64,000 nucleotides of DNA, taken from contig OY762897.2 of the NCBI GenBank assembly GCA_963666515.2, positions 2,080,001-2,144,000 of the forward strand. Reading direction: 5' to 3'. How positions within the stretch are numbered: the stretch's first letter is position 1; the number at the start of each line of letters is the position of its first letter. The notes under the pieces are model-generated. The model did no database searches and was not told the origin of the DNA. It saw only the letters and a program-made list of their open reading frames with translations. The DNA comes from Candidatus Binatia bacterium (GTDB taxonomy: Bacteria; Desulfobacterota; Binatia; UBA9968; JAJDTQ01). Positions 10,554-20,176 of this stretch are shown one piece after another. A program made the position numbers and the translations under genes.

Positions 10554-11672
10554 TCACGAACCGCCGACGGGCGGGAGTTCGTCCCTGGAGTGCGCCCGGA
10601 AGACGCACGCCTTGTCCCGCGGGATGCGCACGCCGACGGTGCCGCCCACGAGCACGGAAGCCAGAGTCCGCACAAGCAGCACGTGCTCTCCGACCTCGAC
10701 AGTGTAGACCCGGTGGTCCCCCAGGAACACGTTGGAAACCACGCGGCCGCGAAAGCTGTTCTCTTGCGCCGCTTTCCCCTGCCCGTCGGGGGTCAACTCC
10801 ACATCTTCCGGCCGCACGCCGACGACCACCGACTCGCCCGCGGCCCAGTTGTCCGAGGCGGGCACCGCAAGGGGACCCACGATGGTGTCCACCGCGTCGC
10901 TGCCGCGCATGCGGCCGTCGATCCAGTTGGTGGACCCGAAGAACTGCGCCACCCGCGGGTCCGCCGGGCGGCAGTAGAGGTCCTCGGGCGATCCCTGCTG
11001 CAGGATGTCGCCCTCGTGCATGACCGCAATGCGGTCGGCAAGCTCCATGGCCTCCATCTGGTCGTGGGTCACGTAGAGGATGGTGATGTCGAGCCGGGCG
11101 GCGAGGCTGCGTATCTCCTTCCGCACCTCCTCCCGCAGCCGCGCGTCGAGGTTGCTCAGGGGCTCGTCCATCAGCAGCACCACCGGCTCGGTGGCGAGGG
11201 AGCGCGCCAGCGCTACCCGCTGCTGTTGCCCCCCGCTCAGTAGCGGCGTCGGACGGCGCTCCATTCCCTCCAGTCCCACCAGGGCAAGCGCCCTGCTCAC
11301 ACGATCAGCGATCTCGGCCTTGGCGAGCCTGGGCCGTTTCTGAGCCAAGGGGAGCGCGACGTTCTCGAAGATGGTCATGTGCGGCCAGATGGCATAGGAC
11401 TGGAACACCATGCCCAGTCCGCGCCGCTCCGGCGGCACCAGCACGCGGTTCTCCCGTGAGTAGACGGTCACGCCGTCGAGCACGATTTCGCCCCGATCCG
11501 GCACCGCCAGACCCGCCACGCAACGCAGCAGCGTGGTCTTGCCCGAGCCGCTGGGTCCGAGCAGCACGAAGAACTCGCCCCGCTCCACCGTCACGTCCAC
11601 GGTGCGGAGCGCATGGACGACGGACTCGCCGGCGCGCTGAAAGTCCTTTCCCAGGCCGCGGATCTCGATCAT
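10554..11672 (-). CDS. ABC transporter ATP-binding protein (PotA/FbpC-like, TOBE domain)
   Basis: Walker A GPSGSGKT, LSGGQQQR signature, LLMDEPLSNLD. Confidence 0.95.
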   Translation of the reverse strand: MIEIRGLGKDFQRAGESVVHALRTVDVTVERGEFFVLLGPSGSGKTTLLRCVAGLAVPDRGEIVLDGVTVYSRENRVLVPPERRGLGMVFQSYAIWPHMTIFENVALPLAQKRPRLAKAEIADRVSRALALVGLEGMERRPTPLLSGGQQQRVALARSLATEPVVLLMDEPLSNLDARLREEVRKEIRSLAARLDITILYVTHDQMEAMELADRIAVMHEGDILQQGSPEDLYCRPADPRVAQFFGSTNWIDGRMRGSDAVDTIVGPLAVPASDNWAAGESVVVGVRPEDVELTPDGQGKAAQENSFRGRVVSNVFLGDHRVYTVEVGEHVLLVRTLASVLVGGTVGVRIPRDKACVFRAHSRDELPPVGGS

Positions 11673-11696
11673 CGGTTGCCCGTCTCCGCGCGACGC

Positions 11697-13538
11697 CTAC
11701 TGCGCCACGCCGATGTGCCTCCTGCCGAACACGTAGTACAGCACGATCAACGGCGTCATCAAGGCGACGAACACGAGAGCCGTGGCTGCCGCCTGGTTGA
11801 GCCGCCCCGCGGTCCACATGGACCAGATGATCACCGGAAGCGTGAGATTGTCCCGGCTGGCGAGAAAGGCCGCCATGGTCAATTCCCGGAACGCCAGCAG
11901 CGCCATCCACAGCCACGAATAGAGCAAGGTGGGAGACAGCAAGGGAATGAGGATCTTGCGGATGACGCCCAGGGGTCCCAACCCGGCCACGTAGCCCGCT
12001 TCGTCCAGCTCCTCGTGGATCTGCACCAGACCGCTGTTGAGCATGCGGGTGGCAAAGCTGATGCGCGTCACCACGTATACGAGGATGATGATCCCGATGC
12101 CGCGCTCGAACAGCCCCCACTGGGCCGGGAACCAGACGATCGCCAGCAGGAACGCCCCCACGGCGAAGATCAGGTTGGGAATCACGTGGGGCAGGAAGGC
12201 GAGCACGTCCAGGGTGCGGGCCACACGCCAGTTGGAGCGAATGACCAACCAGGAAATGGCCATGCCCGCCACCAGGCTCAGGGTCGGCACCGCGAGCAGC
12301 AGGATGACGCTGTTGCGCAGGCCAACGGTGAGGTTGGCCCACGGTACCGCGCGGAAGTTGTCCAGCGACACGGTCTGAAACGCCGCCGCGGAGGGGACCT
12401 GCAGGAACGGGATGAGGGACACCCAGGTGAGCGCCAGGAGCGGCAGCACCACGTTGAACACGATCACCGCGCCGACAATGAGCCATCCCAGAACGGCCCA
12501 ACCGCCCAGGTCCACGAGATTCGCGCGGTAGTCCTTGCCCCGCACCACGGCGTAGCGGTGCGATTCGCCGATGACGATCATGTAGCGCCAAGTGAGCAGC
12601 AGGCCGATGAGCAGCATCACGGCGCTGGAGGCGCCGATGAGGCCGTAGTTGGGGACTTCCTCCAGGGGTAGCGCCGTGGTGTAGACGAAGGTGCTGAAGG
12701 TGTGTATGCGGTTGGACAATCCGATGACCGCGGGAATGTCGAAGGCGGCAATGGTGATGGCCGCCACGTAGAGCACCGCCCCCAGGATTCCGGGCGTCAA
12801 GAGTGGCAGGGTGATGCGCCGCAGGCGCGTGAAAAAGGAAATGCCGTGGACCCGTGCGCTCTCTTCCAACGCCGGATCCATGGCCCGGAACGATGCGGCG
12901 ATCATGATGAAGGCCAGCGGCACCAGCGCGATTCCCTCCACCCAGCCCATGCCCACGAGGCTTATGACGTTGAAGGGCGACTGTTCGATGGGCAGGAGTT
13001 GAACCAGCGCCTTGTTGGCGATGCCGATGCGCGGATGGAACAGGATCACCCAGCCCATGGCCGTGAAGAAGCTGGGCACCAGCAGGGTCACGGTCAGGAG
13101 CGGAAAGACCAGCCCCCTGCCCGGCAGCGTGGTCCGTTCCGCCAACCAGGCGATAGGGATCGCGAACGCGAATGCCACCAGCAACGCCACTCCCGCGAAC
13201 ACGGCGGTGTTGAGGAACGCCTTGGCGGTGAAGGGGTCGGTGTAGAGCTGCCGGAAGTTCTCGACGCCGTAGACCGTGCCGGCGTCTTCCTCGACCTGGA
13301 ACGACACCTGCACGATGACCACCAGGAAGACGACCACCAGCCCCAGCGTGACGAACGCGATCAACGGGAGCGGCACGCGTTCCGCCGCCTGCACGAGCCG
13401 TGAGCGCAACGCGGCGAAGGCCTCGCCGACGTTGCCGCCCAGGCCCTCTCCGCCCCGTTCCTCCGCGTGATACACCAGCAGACCTCGCCTGTGCTGCGCC
13501 CGGGAACCTGCGCCGCGGGAAGACCGGGCGGGGTTCAC
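11697..13538 (-). CDS. ABC transporter permease, FbpB-like (true start probably about 110 nt inside the ORF)
   Basis: LAERTTLPGR, MDPALEESARVHG, ELDEAGYVAG. Confidence 0.88.
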   Translation of the reverse strand: MNPARSSRGAGSRAQHRRGLLVYHAEERGGEGLGGNVGEAFAALRSRLVQAAERVPLPLIAFVTLGLVVVFLVVIVQVSFQVEEDAGTVYGVENFRQLYTDPFTAKAFLNTAVFAGVALLVAFAFAIPIAWLAERTTLPGRGLVFPLLTVTLLVPSFFTAMGWVILFHPRIGIANKALVQLLPIEQSPFNVISLVGMGWVEGIALVPLAFIMIAASFRAMDPALEESARVHGISFFTRLRRITLPLLTPGILGAVLYVAAITIAAFDIPAVIGLSNRIHTFSTFVYTTALPLEEVPNYGLIGASSAVMLLIGLLLTWRYMIVIGESHRYAVVRGKDYRANLVDLGGWAVLGWLIVGAVIVFNVVLPLLALTWVSLIPFLQVPSAAAFQTVSLDNFRAVPWANLTVGLRNSVILLLAVPTLSLVAGMAISWLVIRSNWRVARTLDVLAFLPHVIPNLIFAVGAFLLAIVWFPAQWGLFERGIGIIILVYVVTRISFATRMLNSGLVQIHEELDEAGYVAGLGPLGVIRKILIPLLSPTLLYSWLWMALLAFRELTMAAFLASRDNLTLPVIIWSMWTAGRLNQAAATALVFVALMTPLIVLYYVFGRRHIGVAQ

Positions 13539-13551
13539 GACCCGCCCGGTC
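13522..13551 (-). other. GC-rich hairpin between SBP and permease genes (mRNA stabiliser or attenuator)
   Basis: GACCGGGCGGG-N8-CCCGCCCGGTC, 11-bp perfect stem just after the SBP stop. Confidence 0.6.
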
Positions 13552-13557
13552 CCGCCC

Positions 13558-14718
13558 CTACCGGTTCAACAGCTTCCGGTACTTGGCGTTCTGGGTGCGG
13601 TATATCTGAGGGTTGCCCCCGATGATGTCCGCGGTCTCCAACATCAGCGGCTTGCCGGTGGCCTTGCGCTTGGCGAGGTACTCCTTCATCCCGGTGCCCC
13701 GGTAGTGCGAGTCGCGCTCGGTGTGCTTGAAGAAGATCCTCTGGCCCTCGGATGTCATCATGAACACGCTCGCCAGCAGCGCCAGGTTCGGACTCCGGCT
13801 GGCCTTGGGCACGCTCACGTAGGCCAGGAAGGCGGCATTAATCTCGCCTCCCAGGTCGGTCCACTCGATGGGCGCCCCCTTTGCCTTGAGTATCTCAACC
13901 TCCACCAAGTTCCCCTGAAACAGGTACAGGCCGAACTCCCCGGAGATGATGCGCTGCAGGTCGCCGTTGATGTTTCCGGCGAGGTTGCCGTTGGCGGCGA
14001 TGGTGGACAGCACCTTCTCCACCTTCTCCGCCCCCAGGTTCAGGGTGATCTGGGGCCAGCCGGAACCGTAGGTGGTCGCCGCGATGAGCCCCTTGAACTT
14101 CGGGTCGGTAACGTCCTCCAGCGACTTGGGCACGTCTTGCGGCTTGATGACGTTGGGGTTGTAGGCCGCCACGATCACGCCGATGCCCACCAACGCGCCG
14201 GTGCCGTCGGTGGCAATCTCGTCATCCCTGATGTCGGGAACGTACTTGCGCCAGTCCAACTCCATGAGAGCGCCCGCGGAGGCCAGCTTCAACTGGTTCC
14301 GGCCCGACGCGATCATGATGTCGGTGGAGGCGGGGGACCGGCCCTGCTTGTGCTCCTGCAGGAGCCTGGACGTCACCTGGGACATGTTGGGGCCTCCCGC
14401 CGTGCCCTGGAGATCCACCTTGATCCCGTACTTGGCGTTCATGGCCGCTTCCAGCTCGTCCCAGAACTCGGTGTCGCCGTACCTGCCGCCCTGGAGCATG
14501 GTAAGTTGCTTCTCCGCTTGGGCCGCCTTGATGAGCTTGGCCATCGCCTCCTTGGACGCTTGGGCCGCGGCCGGGGAGGCCACGAACACGACGAGTGCCA
14601 GCGCCGCCAGGAGGGCGCCGGCAGCAAGAAGTCCGCGACGATGCCCGCTCCTTTCAACGCCGGCGGCTCGGGTGCCCGCAACGCGTCCGTTACACAGTCG
14701 ATCGGTATGCTGTTCCAT
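13558..14718 (-). CDS. ABC transporter substrate-binding protein
   Basis: Signal-like segment; AYNPNVIKPQDVPKSLEDVTDPKFKG; SPNLALL. Confidence 0.85.
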   Translation of the reverse strand: MEQHTDRLCNGRVAGTRAAGVERSGHRRGLLAAGALLAALALVVFVASPAAAQASKEAMAKLIKAAQAEKQLTMLQGGRYGDTEFWDELEAAMNAKYGIKVDLQGTAGGPNMSQVTSRLLQEHKQGRSPASTDIMIASGRNQLKLASAGALMELDWRKYVPDIRDDEIATDGTGALVGIGVIVAAYNPNVIKPQDVPKSLEDVTDPKFKGLIAATTYGSGWPQITLNLGAEKVEKVLSTIAANGNLAGNINGDLQRIISGEFGLYLFQGNLVEVEILKAKGAPIEWTDLGGEINAAFLAYVSVPKASRSPNLALLASVFMMTSEGQRIFFKHTERDSHYRGTGMKEYLAKRKATGKPLMLETADIIGGNPQIYRTQNAKYRKLLNR

Positions 14719-14770
14719 GACTCGCTCCTTTCCTGTGTCCTGCGCGACACAGCGCGTCCGTAAGCATGCC

Positions 14771-15343
14771 TTACTCGAACCTGATCCGAGACAGTTCCGT
14801 GAAGTGGATGTGGCCCGCCGCCCCGGCGGGCAGGATGGTCATCTGGTGAAAGCTGTACTCCTGTTCGTAACGGGTGCGCGCCAGCACGCCGTCCATGGGC
14901 ACCACCACCTCGTAGCGGTGCACCCGGGCCGCGCTGGTGACGGTGTAGAGGACGGCGAAGGTGGTTGCCGCCCCTACCACGATGAGGTGCTCGACGCCGT
15001 GGGACCGCAGGTAGCCGTCAAGCTCGCCGCCGATGAACTTGTCGAAGCTGTCCGGGTAGATGACCGGCTCCGCCTGCGCGCGCTTCAGCGGTGCGGCGAC
15101 GCGGTCATGGGGTCCGCCCTTGGCTACCAGGGAAATCGTGTAGATGATGGGGACGCCGTTCCGGCGCGCGCGCTCCAGGAACGGCGCGACCCCCGGCAAG
15201 AGCTTGTTGGCGATGGCGCCGGGCTCTTCGGCGCGGGCGTTCATGTCGAGCACCGCGATGCCGGTGGCCGCCGGATCAAGAGCCATGTCCCGGGGGGCGG
15301 GACGGTTGGGCGCGCCCGCCTCCAGGGTGTCCACAAGGCTCAC
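14771..15343 (-). CDS. Isochorismatase/cysteine hydrolase family protein
   Basis: IAVLDMN, ARRNGVPIIY, FDKFIGGELD, LIVVGAAT; catalytic Cys position reads Ala (TTFAV). Confidence 0.8.
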   Translation of the reverse strand: MSLVDTLEAGAPNRPAPRDMALDPAATGIAVLDMNARAEEPGAIANKLLPGVAPFLERARRNGVPIIYTISLVAKGGPHDRVAAPLKRAQAEPVIYPDSFDKFIGGELDGYLRSHGVEHLIVVGAATTFAVLYTVTSAARVHRYEVVVPMDGVLARTRYEQEYSFHQMTILPAGAAGHIHFTELSRIRFE

Positions 15344-15591
15344 GATTCAACCTCCACGATCTGCGAGTCGAGCAGGGTCTTGCACTGCGGGCAGAAGAGC
15401 TGCTCCAGCAGGAACTGGCCCTCGAGGTCCTTCATCAACGGGCCGCCGGCCGTAGGAGACTGCCGCTTCACGTAGCTCCGTTCCCGCCATTCGTCTTCGC
15501 CGCCGAAGTCGAAGCCGCAACGGGTGCACAGCACGCGCGGGCTGCCGGAATCGTCGTCGAGCTCCAGGTTCTCTCTCAACGGTCGTTTCAT
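15340..15591 (-). CDS. Acetone carboxylase gamma-subunit-like Zn-ribbon protein
   Basis: CTRCG and FCPQCKTLL CxxC pairs; GAGGAGG RBS; follows a hydantoinase B gene. Confidence 0.8.
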   Translation of the reverse strand: MKRPLRENLELDDDSGSPRVLCTRCGFDFGGEDEWRERSYVKRQSPTAGGPLMKDLEGQFLLEQLFCPQCKTLLDSQIVEVES

Positions 15592-15608
15592 CCTCCGCGC
15601 CTCCTCGG

Positions 15609-17432
15609 TCAACGCTGCGCCCGAATGGCAGCGCGAAGCTCCTCCGTGGCCGCCGCGTCCACCGCCGTTTTCGAAGGGGTGAGGGCCACCCCGTATATCT
15701 CTTGCGCTACCTCCCGCGAGACGAGGCCGTTGGCCACGTCCCGGAGCACCGCTTCAGGTTCCCGGTCCAGCGGATCGCCGTAGCCGCCGCCGTTGGCCAG
15801 CCGCATGTACAGCACACTCCTGTCCTTCACGTCGAAGTCGCAGTAGGGGAGCATCTCCGACGTGCCTCCCATGGCTTCCACGTCCACCGGGTGCCGGTTC
15901 TCGCTCATCGTGTCCCAGATGTTGGTCTCTTCCTTCAGCACCAGCAGGCTGGGGGCGCCACAAAGGCCGCCGAACATTCCCTGGCCCGAGTTCCGCAGGC
16001 CCGCCACCCCCAGGGCCACGCCGCGGATCTGCCCTTCGGGGGCGTCATGAACGGTGAGGGCGGTCTCCGAGCCGGTGCCGCCCCGGAACCGCCCGGCGCC
16101 CGATCCGTCCTTCAGGTGGCGCCGGAAGAGATACAGGATGGGAAAGTTCTGCTCCACCCACTCGATGTTCTGACACGACGACCAGCCCCGGCCCCCCGAG
16201 TCCACGCCGTCCTTGTCGGCGCGGGCGCCACGTCCGTCTATCGCCCCTTCCGAGAGACTGGACACGTAGTACCGGCCGTACTGGTTGACCCCGGCGTGAC
16301 GGGCGAAACGGTGGCCAGCGTCGTGGGCCATCACCTCGTCCCGCCAGTGCTCGTTGGTGGCGAGCATCTGCATCATCACCGCGGGCGCCAGGTAGCGGGC
16401 GGTGGCTCCGCCGGAGGTGGTGTTCAACGAAACCGGACCGGGGTACTGCACGTTGGCCACGGTTCCCGGCGGAGCGACCACCTCGATGGGCGCGAAGGCG
16501 CCGTGGTTTTTCGGGATATCGTAACCGATGGTGGAGAGGACCGCGGCAAAGCAGGTGCCGTAGGTTGCATGGTACGGCAGGTTGATCCCGGTCTTGGCCT
16601 GCTTGTCGCTTCCGGTGAAGTCGAAGATCAGGCGGTCGTCCCGCTTGCTGAGGGTGACTTGCATCTTCCATGTCTCGTCGCCCTGGATGAGCCCGGTCTC
16701 GCTCCAGGAGCCGTCGGCAAACTCCCGGATGCGTTCCCGCAGCACCGATTCGGTAAAGCGGATGATCTCCCTCGACACCGCCTCCAGCATCTCGGGACCG
16801 TACTGGTCCACGACCTCGTGCACCCTGGCCTTGGCGACGTTGTTGGCGGCGATCTCGCACTTCAGGTCCAGCCCCACCATGATCGGCTGCCGGGTCATGG
16901 TCACGAAGGCGTCGAACACGTCGCTGCGGAGCTTTCCCCTTTCCACCAGCTTGATGCCCGGTATGCGCACGCCCTCATGACAGATGTCCGTTGCCGCGGG
17001 AGAGTTGCCGCCCGGGGACAGGGCGCCGATGTCCATGACGTGAACGAAGGTGGCGCTCCAGGCGATGCGGCGGCCCTCGTGATGGATGGGGGAAAGCACG
17101 TAGACGTCGGACTGGTGGATGGCCGCCTGGTAGGGGTCGTTCAGCAGGAAGACGTCGTCGGGAAAGATGCCGTCGCCGTGCTCGAAGCGCTCGATGATCT
17201 TCTTCACCGCGAAACCGGCGCAGGCGACGTGCTGGCCCAGCGACTCGCCCCCGGACAGCACGTCACCGTCCGCGGTATAGAGGGAAGCCATGTAGTCGTG
17301 CTGCTGGGTGGTGTTGACCGTCCCGCCCACCCTTTCGAGCGTAATGCCCATCTCCCGGGCGATCTGATGCAGCCGGTGCGAAAGGATCTCCATGGTGATG
17401 GGATCGACGCCGCCGTTTCGGGCTGTGGTCAT
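15609..17432 (-). CDS. Hydantoinase B/oxoprolinase subunit (copy 1)
   Basis: Same motifs as 6520-8340 and collinear with it. Confidence 0.93.
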   Translation of the reverse strand: MTTARNGGVDPITMEILSHRLHQIAREMGITLERVGGTVNTTQQHDYMASLYTADGDVLSGGESLGQHVACAGFAVKKIIERFEHGDGIFPDDVFLLNDPYQAAIHQSDVYVLSPIHHEGRRIAWSATFVHVMDIGALSPGGNSPAATDICHEGVRIPGIKLVERGKLRSDVFDAFVTMTRQPIMVGLDLKCEIAANNVAKARVHEVVDQYGPEMLEAVSREIIRFTESVLRERIREFADGSWSETGLIQGDETWKMQVTLSKRDDRLIFDFTGSDKQAKTGINLPYHATYGTCFAAVLSTIGYDIPKNHGAFAPIEVVAPPGTVANVQYPGPVSLNTTSGGATARYLAPAVMMQMLATNEHWRDEVMAHDAGHRFARHAGVNQYGRYYVSSLSEGAIDGRGARADKDGVDSGGRGWSSCQNIEWVEQNFPILYLFRRHLKDGSGAGRFRGGTGSETALTVHDAPEGQIRGVALGVAGLRNSGQGMFGGLCGAPSLLVLKEETNIWDTMSENRHPVDVEAMGGTSEMLPYCDFDVKDRSVLYMRLANGGGYGDPLDREPEAVLRDVANGLVSREVAQEIYGVALTPSKTAVDAAATEELRAAIRAQR

Positions 17433-17477
17433 GATGGCCTCCCAGGGCTCCTGCGCAACTCCATAACGCTGTTCGGG

Positions 17478-19574
17478 CTAGCCGACGTGGATCACGACGT
17501 TGCGGAACGCGTCCATCTCCGCGCGGTCCTTGGGGTTCACCACGATGGTGGTCACCGGGGTCTCGATGACCGCCGGTCCGGCGATGCTCATGCCCGGCGA
17601 CAGGCGTCCGAAATCATAGATGTCCGTGGCCGTGAAGCCTTCGTATTCCTCGAAGTACACGTCCCGCCGCTCCTTGCGAGCCTCCAGGACGTCACCGGGG
17701 CCGCCCGGGTGCTTGTGAACGGCCGGCTTGGCCAGCTTGCCGATGGCGGTGACTCTGAGCGACAGCATCTCCCTGCCCGCTTCCGGATACCCCGACCCCT
17801 TTCCGTACGACTGCTCGTACAGCTCGTCGAACCGGCTGCAGAGCTGCTCCAGATCGGCTTCCTGCAACGGACCCGCGCCGGGAACCGGAACATTGATCTC
17901 GTTGACTTGGTAGCGGTAGCGCATGTCGACGCTCCGCAGAATGACCGTGTCATCCTGCCTGAAACCGGCACTGGAGAGGTCTTCGGCGGCGTGGGCGCAC
18001 AGCTTGTCGAAGCCTCCGTTGAGACGCGCCGGGTCCAGCGGAACCACCGCGTGGTCGGACATGCCGTACTCGTAGGTTACGTCCGCGGAGATCAGCCCGG
18101 TCGAGGCATGCACGGAAGCCGTCAGGGGTATCACCACCTTGCGCACGCCGAGCTGCACGGCGCAACGGGCCACGTGGACCGGAGCCGATCCGCCGATGGC
18201 CACCATGGCGAAGTCCCGCGGGTCGTGCCCGCGCTCCACCGTGCAGCGGCGGATGAGGTCGCTCATGTGCGCATTGATGATGCGGAAGATCCCGCCCGCG
18301 GCCTGAACCGTCGTCATGTCCAGCGGCCCGGCGATGTGCTCGTCGATGGCGGCGGTGGCCTTTTCCTTGTCCAGGGTCATGCGCCCGCCGAGAAAGTACC
18401 CGGGGTTCAGATAGCCCAGGACCACGTCGGCGTCGCACACGGTGGGCTCGGTTCCACCCAGGCCGTACGCCACCGGGCCGGGAGCGGCGCCCGCTCCCCG
18501 GGGGCCGACCTTCAGCAGTCCCGAGTTGTCGTCGATCCAGGCAATGCTTCCGCCTCCCGCGCCGATGGACGCCACCCATATCTTCGGCGCCAGGATGCTG
18601 TAGCGTTCGAACACGGGCTGGAAGTCACGCTCGATATGTCCCCCCCGGACCAGGCTGACCTTGAAGGTGGTGCCGCCCATGTCGGTGGCCAGGACGTTCG
18701 GCTCGCCGATCATGTCGGCGATGAACTTGCTGCCCACGACTCCCGCCGCGGGCCCGGATTCCAGGGTCCCGATGGCGTTTTGGGAGGTGGCCTCGATGCT
18801 CAGCATGCCGCCGTAGGCTTGCATGACGAGGGGCGCGCTCTTGAGTCCGTTGCCGGCGAGCTTCTCCTGGAGACTCCGCATGTAGGCGACGATCTTGGGG
18901 GCGATGTAAGCGCTGAAGATGGTCGTCGTCGTGCGCTCGTATTCCCCCAGGAAAGGCGCGATGTCGCTGGAGCAGGTTACATGGACCTCGGGGTGCTTGC
19001 GGCGAATCACGTCCGCCACGGCCTTCTCGTGGGCGCTGTTGGCGATGGACCAGAGCAGACAGACGGCAACGGACTCCACCCCCTTGCCGACCAGCAGGCC
19101 GACCGCCTCCTCGATCCGCGCAGCATCGGTGTCGATGAGCACCGATCCCTTGTAGTCGATCCGGCCCGGCACCTCTTCCGTGAGCCCGCGCGGGACCAGC
19201 GGCTCGGGCTTCTTGAGCGCCGCCAGGTGAGAGGACTCGGACTCCGTCAGCCCGAGGTGCACGTTGCCGCGCATCATCAGGAAGGTGTCCGGAAAGCCCT
19301 CGGTGACCACCAGCCCGGTGACGGCCCCGGCCCGGGTGATGAGCGTGTTGTCGGCCACCGTGCAGGCGTGGAAGAAGAGGCGCGTGTGGCGCAAGAGGTC
19401 GCCTATGCCCGGCAGCCCCAGGTTCTCGGTGGCGTTGCGGAGAGAGTCGACCACGCCTACGGAGAAGTCATGAGGAGTCGAGAGCGCCTTGCCGATGGTC
19501 AGCTTGCCGTCGCTGTCCAGCACCACGCAGTCGGTGAAGGTGCCGCCGATGTCGACGCCGATGATGTATTCCAT
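17478..19574 (-). CDS. Hydantoinase A/oxoprolinase subunit (copy 1)
   Basis: GVDIGGTFTD, ESGPAAG, DMGGTTF; start at MEYIIG. Confidence 0.93.
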   Translation of the reverse strand: MEYIIGVDIGGTFTDCVVLDSDGKLTIGKALSTPHDFSVGVVDSLRNATENLGLPGIGDLLRHTRLFFHACTVADNTLITRAGAVTGLVVTEGFPDTFLMMRGNVHLGLTESESSHLAALKKPEPLVPRGLTEEVPGRIDYKGSVLIDTDAARIEEAVGLLVGKGVESVAVCLLWSIANSAHEKAVADVIRRKHPEVHVTCSSDIAPFLGEYERTTTTIFSAYIAPKIVAYMRSLQEKLAGNGLKSAPLVMQAYGGMLSIEATSQNAIGTLESGPAAGVVGSKFIADMIGEPNVLATDMGGTTFKVSLVRGGHIERDFQPVFERYSILAPKIWVASIGAGGGSIAWIDDNSGLLKVGPRGAGAAPGPVAYGLGGTEPTVCDADVVLGYLNPGYFLGGRMTLDKEKATAAIDEHIAGPLDMTTVQAAGGIFRIINAHMSDLIRRCTVERGHDPRDFAMVAIGGSAPVHVARCAVQLGVRKVVIPLTASVHASTGLISADVTYEYGMSDHAVVPLDPARLNGGFDKLCAHAAEDLSSAGFRQDDTVILRSVDMRYRYQVNEINVPVPGAGPLQEADLEQLCSRFDELYEQSYGKGSGYPEAGREMLSLRVTAIGKLAKPAVHKHPGGPGDVLEARKERRDVYFEEYEGFTATDIYDFGRLSPGMSIAGPAVIETPVTTIVVNPKDRAEMDAFRNVVIHVG

Positions 19575-19617
19575 GCACGCGCTCCGCCCGTAAATTGCCA
19601 CGCGGCATCGTGACAAG

Positions 19618-19983
19618 TCAATCCACGGGCGTGAGCACCTCGCTGGGAATGACCTCAATCATGCCGTTCCGCTCCGGGTCACGCACGACGCCGCGCGGGT
19701 CGCGGCCCTGGCGCACGCCGTCGGCGACCGTCACATCGAAGTCGCTCCAGTCCTCCTTCTCGGCTGCCATGGCGCGGTAGGTTTCTTTCCAGGACAGGCT
19801 GTTCGTTTCCTTGCCGTAAAGAAACACCCCATCCTCCACCTCTTCAAGGACAAGGGAATCGCCCCAACCGTACTTCTGCAAGAGGGCCTTCGGAAGACGT
19901 ATCCCCTTGGAGTTGCCCACCGAGACCAGCTTGACATCTCTCTTGACCGCCTTGTCACCTCTCGTGACCATTCCCTCACGCAT
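19618..19983 (-). CDS. AbrB/MazE-type antitoxin with a foreign C-terminal extension; no toxin gene follows
   Basis: KLVSVGNSKGIRLPKALL swapped-hairpin motif; acidic tail EDWSDFDVTVADG, then about 32 unrelated residues. Confidence 0.75.
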   Translation of the reverse strand: MREGMVTRGDKAVKRDVKLVSVGNSKGIRLPKALLQKYGWGDSLVLEEVEDGVFLYGKETNSLSWKETYRAMAAEKEDWSDFDVTVADGVRQGRDPRGVVRDPERNGMIEVIPSEVLTPVD

Positions 19984-20010
19984 CGTCGAACACCTCCTCG
20001 GGCAAGACTC

Positions 20011-20047
20011 GGTAATTACTGTAATTACCTGTGTTGCTTGACTTCAA
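20011..20047 (-). promoter_or_regulatory. Promoter and palindromic operator of the antitoxin gene
   Basis: Perfect GGTAATTAC-T-GTAATTACC (20011-20029) overlapping TTGAAG-N18-TACAGT on the minus strand. Confidence 0.65.
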
Positions 20048-20176
20048 GCGGTATCGTGGCTCGACTAGAATCCTTGATCGACAGGATCTTGACTCAGGAA
20101 GACAAGATATTTGAACTGGACTTCGTTCGTACATGAATACTATCGTAGGCCATCGCGAGTTGTAACGCTCGGTAGT

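Noticed and set aside
15702-19613. 1303-aa + strand ORF and the many other long antisense ORFs (e.g. 8452..10707, 41413..43641, 53513..55579)
   Set aside because: Shadow frames of real high-GC genes; no motifs, skewed composition
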